Positions 48,048 through 55,327 of a DNA stretch of 64,000 bases are shown here, piece after piece. A program made the translations under genes and the position numbers. Origin of the DNA: a bacterium BMS3Bbin03 (GTDB lineage: Bacteria > Zhuqueibacterota > JdFR-76 > BMS3Abin05); NCBI GenBank assembly GCA_002898015.1, contig BDTM01000016.1, positions 38,535 through 102,534 of the forward strand. Reading direction: 5' to 3'. The notes below the pieces were generated by a model. That model searched no databases, was not told the DNA's origin, and saw only the letters and a program-made list of their open reading frames with translations. The first letter of the stretch is position 1; each line of letters starts with the position of its first letter.

Positions 48048-49568
48048 ATGCTTTTTACGCATTCAAAATCAGGGCGTAAACCATTCAAACGACTGATTTC
48101 CGGCATACAATTTAAAATTGTGATTAGTACCACTTTGGTTGTGGCCGTAGCCGTAGGCGTATCCACCTGGTTTGCAATCAAACTATTAGAACGTCAATTA
48201 ATAGAAAGTACCAAACACAAAGTAAAAACAGCCTGTGAAAGAATTTCCGGTAATATTTCAATGGCGATGGGAAACGGCCATGTCCCAAGTATCCGACATA
48301 CTTTTGCACTGATTCGCTCTTATCCGCATTATAGAGTCCAGATGTATATTACCGACTCGCTGGGCACTGTTCTGATTGCCACTGATAGTCTTCTGGTCGG
48401 CAAAAAGGTCAACATCGGTAAAATAACCCCCAATAGCTCCGGGGTCACGGTTTCCACAGAACGTGTTCAAAGATCAGATGTTGTGGTGGCCCGCCAGCTA
48501 ATTTTAAATAAGCCGGCATGTTATCACTGCCACGATCGCAGGAAAAAGATTAACGGAATCCTGCAAGTAAGGGTTGCACTTTCGGAATTCATGCAGGAAT
48601 TTTCACTATTTCGAAAACTCATGATCGGAAACGGGATTGTTATTTTTTTAGTGATGACTGTGACGCTGAGTTTGCTTCTTGGATTAATCGTCGGCCGGCC
48701 CTTAAAGAAAATGTCGCAGGCGATGGGAAAAGTCGAAGCGGGTGATTTGAGCGTACGGGTAAAGTTTAATCGCCGGGATGAAATTGGTCTCCTCGGAAAG
48801 AGTTTTAATGCAATGGTACAACGACTCGCCAATTCAATACATCAGATCACAAGCAGCCATCAGAATGAGCTGCAGCACGCGGACCGGCTGGCGGCATTGG
48901 GTGAACTGGCAGCCGGCATTGCCCATGAAATTCGTAATCCTCTCGCCGGAATTTCAGGTGCCGTTCAGGTGCTGGCAAGCGAGTTGGACAAGGACGACCC
49001 GCACCGCGAAGTGATGGACGAGATTCAGAAGGAGATTAAACGCCTCGATAATTCCCTGAAGAATTTTCTTGCTTATGCCCGGCCCAGCGAACCGAAGTTT
49101 CAGCCGTTTGATATTCACGATGTCATTGAACGTGCCTTGACGCTTTGTCTTCGCAGCGGGCAGTTTTCGGGCATTAAATTAATCCGGGATTTCCGGATTC
49201 ATCAGAAAAAACTCATCTTTGACCCTGCCCTGATGCAGCAGGTATTCATGAACATTATTTTAAACTCACTGCAGGCCATGAACCACTCCGGCCAATTAAG
49301 CATAATCACCCGGCTTCGAACGGATGTTCCCAATATGAATAAAGCCATTGAAATCGTTATTGCCGATACCGGCCCCGGGATTCCGTCGGAAGATTTAAAT
49401 AAAATATTTCGGCCTTTTTTCACGTCGAAGCATCAGGGTACCGGTTTGGGGTTAACCATCGCCTGGCGGATTGTGGCGCAGCACGGGGGTTCCGTATCGG
49501 TTGAAAGTGAGTTGGGAAAAGGGACCCGGTTTATCATTATTTTCCCATATGCGGAATCTTCAAATTAG
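48048..49568 (+). CDS. Sensor histidine kinase (periplasmic loop with CXXCH, HAMP, HisKA, HATPase_c)
   Basis: Two TM segments flank a ~150-aa loop containing CYHCH (48519-48533). HAMP follows, then H-box AHEIRNPL, N-box NIILNSLQAM, G1 DTGPGI and G2 GTGLGL. Confidence 0.9.
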   Translation: MLFTHSKSGRKPFKRLISGIQFKIVISTTLVVAVAVGVSTWFAIKLLERQLIESTKHKVKTACERISGNISMAMGNGHVPSIRHTFALIRSYPHYRVQMYITDSLGTVLIATDSLLVGKKVNIGKITPNSSGVTVSTERVQRSDVVVARQLILNKPACYHCHDRRKKINGILQVRVALSEFMQEFSLFRKLMIGNGIVIFLVMTVTLSLLLGLIVGRPLKKMSQAMGKVEAGDLSVRVKFNRRDEIGLLGKSFNAMVQRLANSIHQITSSHQNELQHADRLAALGELAAGIAHEIRNPLAGISGAVQVLASELDKDDPHREVMDEIQKEIKRLDNSLKNFLAYARPSEPKFQPFDIHDVIERALTLCLRSGQFSGIKLIRDFRIHQKKLIFDPALMQQVFMNIILNSLQAMNHSGQLSIITRLRTDVPNMNKAIEIVIADTGPGIPSEDLNKIFRPFFTSKHQGTGLGLTIAWRIVAQHGGSVSVESELGKGTRFIIIFPYAESSN

Positions 49569-49578
49569 AGTAAATCGT

Positions 49579-50949
49579 ATGACGAAGGGCAAAGTACTTA
49601 TTGTCGATGACGACAAGCTGATCTGTTGGTCTTTGGAGCAGGTTTTAAACAAAGAGGGCTATGATGTCACATTTGTTCACCTTGCCAATGATGCCTTATC
49701 GGAGATTTTTAAGGAGCCTCCGGATATTCTCCTGCTGGATCTTTTGCTTCCGGATTTGTCCGGGGTAGAGGTTTTAAAACGCCTCAAAAAAAAGGACTAT
49801 CACATCCCCGTGCTGGTAATTTCCGCGATGGCCACCGTTGATTCTGCCGTTCAGGCCATGAAACTGGGAGCCTATGATTACATTAGCAAGCCTTTTAATA
49901 TGGATGCGGTAAAGCTTGCCATTCAAAAGGCATTGGAAGTTGACCATCTGCGCAGTGAAGTGGATTATCATCGGACCAGGGAAAGCCGAATTTATGGTTT
50001 TAATAATTTTGTGAGCGGTCATTCTTCTATCCGTGAACTTCTTCGGATGGCAAGAAGGGTGGCCTCCAGCGAAGCTCCAACCATACTGATTCAGGGCGAA
50101 AGCGGAACGGGCAAAGATCTTCTGGCCCGGGTGATACACTATCAGAGCAAGCGGGCAAATTCACCGTTGGTAGAGCTGAATTGTACGGCTGTACCTGAAA
50201 CGCTGTTGGAAAGCGAACTGTTCGGACATGAGCAGGGTGCCTTTACAGATGCCAAGAAGATGAAACGCGGTTTATTTGAAATTGCAAACAAGGGGACAAT
50301 CCTGCTCGAAGAAATTGGTGAAATACCCCAACCCATTCAGGTAAAACTGCTCAAGGTTTTGGAAGACCGGCGTCTGCGCCGGGTCGGAGGCCTGAAAAAC
50401 ATTGCGATCGATGTTAGAGTTATTGCCACCACGAACCGGGACCTGATTGCAGAAACAAAAGCCGGAAATTTCAGGACAGATCTTTTTTATCGTTTGAATG
50501 TCATTACGCTTTTAATTCCGCCGTTACGAGAGCGCAAAGGAGATATCTTACTGCTTACCAAATATTTTCTCAACCGGTATAATCATCAATTTCACCGGAA
50601 TATTAAAAGTCTCTCAAAGGAGGCTGAAAAGCTTTTAATCAACTACAATTGGCCTGGAAATATTCGCCAATTAAAAAATGTTTTGGAACGGATTATGATT
50701 TTGGAGGATACGGAAGAATTACTGCCGGATCATCTTCCTTATGAAATTCAATCCTACACGGGAGATGAAGCCCATGCTCAGGCATTCATAAAACTCCCGC
50801 ACATTGGCTTAAAACTTGGCGAGGTAGAAAAAAATCTAATCAACCAGGCGCTGGATTATACTGAAGGGAATCAGGTGCAGGCGGCCAAATTACTGGGAAT
50901 CAGCCGGGATGCCCTGCGTCGAAAAATGATAAAATTCAAGTTGATGTAA
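49579..50949 (+). CDS. Sigma-54-dependent response regulator (NtrC family: REC + AAA+ + Fis-type HTH)
   Basis: REC (IVDDD, LLLDLLLPD), GESGTGKDLLA Walker A, GAFTDA (GAFTGA variant), and the C-terminal HTH QVQAAKLLGISRDALRRKM. The track start 49471 overlaps the kinase. Confidence 0.9.
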   Translation: MTKGKVLIVDDDKLICWSLEQVLNKEGYDVTFVHLANDALSEIFKEPPDILLLDLLLPDLSGVEVLKRLKKKDYHIPVLVISAMATVDSAVQAMKLGAYDYISKPFNMDAVKLAIQKALEVDHLRSEVDYHRTRESRIYGFNNFVSGHSSIRELLRMARRVASSEAPTILIQGESGTGKDLLARVIHYQSKRANSPLVELNCTAVPETLLESELFGHEQGAFTDAKKMKRGLFEIANKGTILLEEIGEIPQPIQVKLLKVLEDRRLRRVGGLKNIAIDVRVIATTNRDLIAETKAGNFRTDLFYRLNVITLLIPPLRERKGDILLLTKYFLNRYNHQFHRNIKSLSKEAEKLLINYNWPGNIRQLKNVLERIMILEDTEELLPDHLPYEIQSYTGDEAHAQAFIKLPHIGLKLGEVEKNLINQALDYTEGNQVQAAKLLGISRDALRRKMIKFKLM

Positions 50950-50998
50950 AAATGGCATATTTGTTGCACTTTTCGCTGTAAAAAAAGCCGTTTTTAAA

Positions 50999-51418
50999 AT
51001 GAAAATTTTACTCATTGAAGACGAAAAATTACTGCTTTGGTCTTTAAAGAGATCCTTAGCCAGGGAGGGCTTCGAGGTCATTGCTGAGGATAGCGGGGAA
51101 AAAGCATTCGGATGGCTTCCTAAATGTACGTTTGACTGGGTTATCACGGATTACCGGCTGCCGGGGATCAACGGCCTGGAAGTATTGCGTGAGGTGAAGC
51201 AGTGCCAGCCTAATGTGAAGACAATGATGCTTTCGGCTTTCGGCTCTCCTGAACTTCTAAAAGATTTAGAACAGGACGGAATCCTTTGTTTTTTGCCAAA
51301 GCCATTTAGTATTGATGAGCTCATTAAGACTCTTCGGGAAACATCATTGAACACGGTCAAAAAGAATCGTTTTTCGCTGCCGCTTTTATTGGTTCTCGGC
51401 TTCGCTTTTATTGGATGA
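50999..51418 (+). CDS. Single-domain response regulator (receiver only)
   Basis: LIEDE, VITDYRLPGINGLE, MLSAFG and LPKPF. The last ~25 aa are hydrophobic. Confidence 0.8.
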   Translation: MKILLIEDEKLLLWSLKRSLAREGFEVIAEDSGEKAFGWLPKCTFDWVITDYRLPGINGLEVLREVKQCQPNVKTMMLSAFGSPELLKDLEQDGILCFLPKPFSIDELIKTLRETSLNTVKKNRFSLPLLLVLGFAFIG

Positions 51419-51424
51419 CAATTG

Positions 51425-51462
51425 TGTGCGAATTGACACAGTGTCCTGTGCGGATACACACA
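51425..51462. promoter_or_regulatory. Tandem 16-mers TGTGCGAATTGACACA / TGTGCGGATACACACA (candidate upstream activator sites)
   Basis: 13/16 identical, offset 22 nt, and each is a TGTG-N8-CACA dyad. They lie about 130-165 bp upstream of the -24/-12 element at 51589. Confidence 0.45.
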
Positions 51463-51588
51463 TTTGGCGGACATTTGTTTTTATAATTACCGGTTCGGGC
51501 CGGCCGGAAATGAAAATTAAATCGTAAACTAATAAAATAACAATTGTTTTATTATTGATAATTGTGTATCTTAAAATAAGCTATTTCA

Positions 51589-51604
51589 TGGCATTACTTT
51601 TGCG
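51589..51604 (+). promoter_or_regulatory. Sigma-54 (-24/-12) promoter of the NHL/cytochrome cluster
   Basis: TGGCATTACTTTTGCG. GG (51590-1) and GC (51602-3) have canonical 12-nt spacing. Confidence 0.6.
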
Positions 51605-51720
51605 ATATTGAGATGAAAATGGGAAGTATCGGCGTTACATTTGGAATTCAGGAATGATCAGGAATAAAACAAAAGGTCACTGTTTTGGTGAAAAATCCAT
51701 TCGATATTTCGGTTAATAAA

Positions 51721-52821
51721 ATGATACGGGGGTCTGTATTTTTCATCTTAATGGCTACACTGATTACGATGACTCTGGGCTGCGCCGGGACACGTCCTTC
51801 GGGGACTAAAAATCCGGCGGATTTTGTATGGCCGCTCCCTCCGGACCAACCCAGAATACGTTTTGTCCGAAGCATTCATTCCGAAATGGCTTTGGGACAA
51901 CGAAAACGGTCCCTTGCGAGGAAGATATTTGAAAGCTTATTTGGCCGGCCCCGTTTGATCGCTCTGAGAAAACCATTGTCCGTGCATGTCGACAAACGCG
52001 GCCGCCTTTTGGTGGTGGATACCGGCTGGCATAAAGTTCTGATTTTTGACTTTGCCAACAAAAAAATGAGTTTTTTGGGAAATAGCGGAAGGGGCATGCT
52101 GCTGAATCCGTTGGGGGTGACTTCCGATGAAGAAGGTAATATCTATGTGACCGATGCCGACGGCAAGCGGGTCATTGTTTACAATTCCGAAGGCGCCTAT
52201 TTGAGTGCATTTGGGGGGCAAAATATCCTGGTTCGTCCTTCCGGAATTGCGGTCAATTCAAAACTTGGCTATATTTACGTGGTCGATACGTGGGCCCATC
52301 AAGTAAAAGTGTTTGATCGGAAACGGGACAATCTGCTGTTCACCATCGGCAAACAGGGTAAAAAGTTTAAAGAAGTAATCAAAGGCAGTCTCGATGAAAT
52401 CTGGAACCGGGGCAGTGAGCCGGGGGAATTTCGTTTTCCCACAAATATTGCGATTGGACCCCAGGGTCATATCTATGTAGTCGACACCATGAATTTTCGC
52501 GTTCAAGTTTTTGATTCGCAGGGGAAATTTATCAGGAGTTTTGGTCAAATTGGAAATACTCCCGGGACGTTTTCCCGGCCCAAAGGAATTGGACTGGACA
52601 GCGAAGGCCATATTTATGTAGCCGACGCTGCTTTTAATAATGTGCAGATCTTTAACCAGGATGGAAAGATTCTGCTTGCTTTCGGTAACTTCGGCTCCGG
52701 TCTGGCTGATCTGCGACTTCCTGCAGGCCTTTGTGTCGACATTCGCCAACGGATTTATGTAGTTGATCAGCTTAATCATAGGGTACAGGTCTATCAATAT
52801 CTGGCTAAGAAGGGATCTTAA
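51721..52821 (+). CDS. NHL-repeat six-bladed beta-propeller protein, probable lipoprotein
   Basis: Signal peptide ending LITMTLGC. Six repeats of the form P.G[IV]A.D..G.IYV.D..N.R[VI]QVF. An alternative GTG start lies at 51685. Confidence 0.85.
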   Translation: MIRGSVFFILMATLITMTLGCAGTRPSGTKNPADFVWPLPPDQPRIRFVRSIHSEMALGQRKRSLARKIFESLFGRPRLIALRKPLSVHVDKRGRLLVVDTGWHKVLIFDFANKKMSFLGNSGRGMLLNPLGVTSDEEGNIYVTDADGKRVIVYNSEGAYLSAFGGQNILVRPSGIAVNSKLGYIYVVDTWAHQVKVFDRKRDNLLFTIGKQGKKFKEVIKGSLDEIWNRGSEPGEFRFPTNIAIGPQGHIYVVDTMNFRVQVFDSQGKFIRSFGQIGNTPGTFSRPKGIGLDSEGHIYVADAAFNNVQIFNQDGKILLAFGNFGSGLADLRLPAGLCVDIRQRIYVVDQLNHRVQVYQYLAKKGS

Positions 52822-52875
52822 AGATGATGTTGATGGACACTTATAATAATAATTCTACCAAAGGGAGGTGAAAAA

Positions 52876-53580
52876 ATGAAGAAAATTTTTGTTCTATTTG
52901 GCGCCCTTGTTCTTACGTTCAGTCTTGTATGGCAAGGGAATAGTTATGCCCAATTTGGAAACAAAGTTATGGACACGCCGCATAATTTACGTAAAGCTTC
53001 ATCAATGGGCATGCCTCTTACGGATTGGGGCGGAATTTGTGTATACTGTCACACCCCCCATAATAACAATACGGCAATTGAGGCGCCTTTATGGAACCGC
53101 AGCACACCGACGGGTCCATATACCATGTACAGCAGTCCATCGATTGATATGACAATCGCCAGCTCGCCGCAGGGTGTTTCCCTGGCGTGTTTATCATGTC
53201 ATGACAATACCATTGGACTTGATCAGATCATTAATGTGCCTGTTTCTAGTTCGAGCAGTGCTTCAGGGACAACCATTAATGCCTGTTCTCAGAGTTGTCA
53301 TACCAGTTCAAATCACGTGGCTGGTTTGAATTTTGAGGGCACAAACATTGGTACGGATTTAAGGAACGATCATCCGATTTCGGTTACTTATGATCCAAGC
53401 GTTGATCCGAAATTTCATCCCGCCTCAAACGGTAAAGTTGGGAATTTGCCCCTGTATGGATCGAATCATGACCAGGTGGAATGTGCAACCTGTCATAATC
53501 CGCATGACGAAACGAATCGTCCGTTTTTGAGGATAAGTAATGCCAATAGTGCCCTATGTTTAACCTGCCACGATATTTAA
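52876..53580 (+). CDS. Secreted multihaem c-type cytochrome (234 aa; 4 CXXCH + 1 CX3CH)
   Basis: Signal peptide ...GNSYA/QF. Haem motifs are CVYCH, CLSCH, CSQSCH, CATCH and CLTCH, with seven additional His. Strong SD AGGGAGGTGA. Confidence 0.9.
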   Translation: MKKIFVLFGALVLTFSLVWQGNSYAQFGNKVMDTPHNLRKASSMGMPLTDWGGICVYCHTPHNNNTAIEAPLWNRSTPTGPYTMYSSPSIDMTIASSPQGVSLACLSCHDNTIGLDQIINVPVSSSSSASGTTINACSQSCHTSSNHVAGLNFEGTNIGTDLRNDHPISVTYDPSVDPKFHPASNGKVGNLPLYGSNHDQVECATCHNPHDETNRPFLRISNANSALCLTCHDI

Positions 53581-53663
53581 TTTTCTTGGCAGATTTACGT
53601 TTGAATAAATTCTACGTCGGAACATTAACCCGTAAATGGGTATTGAACCGGAGCAAAAGTACT

Positions 53664-53700
53664 AAAGGGGTGAGGTTTCGCCTCACCCCTTTTAATTTTT
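53664..53700 (+). terminator. Strong rho-independent terminator inside the cluster
   Basis: GGGGTGAGG (53667-75) / CCTCACCCC (53681-89), loop TTTCG, flanked by AAA...TTTTAATTTTTT. Confidence 0.8.
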
Positions 53701-53716
53701 TAAAAAGGTTTTACGG

Positions 53717-54694
53717 ATGGGAAAACAAAAGTTAAGATTCACTTTGGTGCTGCCCTGGATCGGCTTATTTCTATTGATTCTGTCAACCGGCGCGCAGGCC
53801 GCAAAAAAGGTCGTGGCGACGGTTAATGGTGCAGACATCACGAATGATGCGCTTCTGGCCGGGATTAATCAAAAACTCCCGCTGATTTCCATTCACAAAA
53901 GTGTGTCCGAGCAGAAATATAAAGAAATCCGCCGCCAGGTGCTGAATCAATTAATTGATGAAGAGCTTTTGTATCAGGAGGCGAAGAGACAAAAATTCAA
54001 GGCGGACAAGACTGAATTAAATCGACATATTGCGTATATGAAAAAGGCTTATCCGACTAAAAAGACTTTTCGGGAGCAATTGGCCAAAACCGGCCTCAGT
54101 TACAGGCAATGGATCGCCAAATTGAAAAGGCGCTTATTGATCAACCAGGTTCGGCAGCGGGAAATTGTGGACAAGGTTACGATCACCGACCGGGATGTGC
54201 GCCGGTATTACCGGAAAAATAAAAAGAAATTTATTGTACCGCAGCGTTTGAAAATTTTGCATATTCTTATTTCGGTGGAACCGGGTGCAATGGAAGTCGG
54301 CTGGAAAGCAGGATTGAAAAAGGCCCAAATGGTTTATAAAAATATTATGGCGGGGGAAGACTTTTCCAAAGCTGCCAAAGAGTATTCGGCTGACTCTACC
54401 AGCCGCGCACGCGGGGGAGATATTGGGTGGGTTCATCTTGGACAACTGCTTCCTGAATTGGATCAAGTTGCCCGCCGGATGAAAATTGGGGAAGTAAGCC
54501 ATCCCATTCGTACCATATACGGCTATCATATTATTAAATTGGTGGATCACAAACCACGCAAACAATTGTCGTTTAGTGAAATTGATATAAAAGAATTAAA
54601 AGAGAAGTTGCGCAGGAAACGGATTGAAGAGCGCAGGAATGAATTACTCACAAAGCTTCGGGCACAGGCCAAGATCCGTATTATGAATCCCTGA
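53717..54694 (+). CDS. Periplasmic parvulin-type peptidyl-prolyl isomerase (SurA/PrsA-like)
   Basis: Signal peptide (...STGAQAAKK), an N-terminal chaperone-like region, and a parvulin core (ILHILI...FSKAAKEYSADSTSRARGGDIGWV...GYHIIKL). Confidence 0.85.
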   Translation: MGKQKLRFTLVLPWIGLFLLILSTGAQAAKKVVATVNGADITNDALLAGINQKLPLISIHKSVSEQKYKEIRRQVLNQLIDEELLYQEAKRQKFKADKTELNRHIAYMKKAYPTKKTFREQLAKTGLSYRQWIAKLKRRLLINQVRQREIVDKVTITDRDVRRYYRKNKKKFIVPQRLKILHILISVEPGAMEVGWKAGLKKAQMVYKNIMAGEDFSKAAKEYSADSTSRARGGDIGWVHLGQLLPELDQVARRMKIGEVSHPIRTIYGYHIIKLVDHKPRKQLSFSEIDIKELKEKLRRKRIEERRNELLTKLRAQAKIRIMNP

Positions 54695-54735
54695 ATTTGT
54701 GATTTGCGAGATTCGCCGCGCGCAGGTAATTGAAA

Positions 54736-55323
54736 ATGAAATTTTTTTTTTCGAAATTCCGGTTCTCGAACGGCTTATTTTTTGTCTTATTTTTCAGCGG
54801 CCTGTTTTTAGTGCAGTGCAGTCCCGCTGCCCGGCACCGGGTGTTAAGCTTTTTTTTTGACGGCGTTCCGCCATTAAAACAATCGCCCGCACTGGCCCGT
54901 AAAAATAATGCGGGACAGTCGGCATTATCGCTTAATACGGCAAATGCCGGAAGCCTTTCTACAGCGCAGCCTGTTATGTATTATCACCCGCAAACGGGTG
55001 AAAACCGGTGTGATGCTTGCCATAATGTAAGCCAGTCTTATCATCTTCTGGCGCCTCCGGACAGCCTTTGTCTGATATGTCATGACGACAAAACGGATGC
55101 GAAATATGTTCATCCTCCGGTAGAAGAGGGGGAGTGCCTGGATTGTCATAATCCCCATGGAACTAAAAATAAATATCTATTATTAAAAACCGGACAGGCA
55201 CTCTGTTTTCAGTGTCATGATGAATCGGAAATCAAGAATACGGAACACAGAGTGATCGGAAAAGAGGCCTGTACGGTATGCCATAATCCTCATAATTCAG
55301 ATAATCAGTATTTTTTGAGGTAA
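54736..55323 (+). CDS. Membrane-anchored or lipoprotein pentahaem c-type cytochrome
   Basis: Hydrophobic N-terminus ending LFLVQC. Haem motifs are CDACH, CLICH, CLDCH, CFQCH and CTVCH, with repeated H-x(n)-CxxCHNPH pattern. An alternative TTG start lies at 54730. Confidence 0.85.
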   Translation: MKFFFSKFRFSNGLFFVLFFSGLFLVQCSPAARHRVLSFFFDGVPPLKQSPALARKNNAGQSALSLNTANAGSLSTAQPVMYYHPQTGENRCDACHNVSQSYHLLAPPDSLCLICHDDKTDAKYVHPPVEEGECLDCHNPHGTKNKYLLLKTGQALCFQCHDESEIKNTEHRVIGKEACTVCHNPHNSDNQYFLR

Positions 55324-55327
55324 CGTG

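Noticed and set aside
49471-49578. N-terminal extension of the NtrC-type regulator, overlapping the kinase by ~100 nt.
   Set aside because: The receiver domain begins at MTKGKVLIVDDD (ATG 49579), 11 nt after the kinase stop. The extension is simply the kinase 3' end read in another frame.
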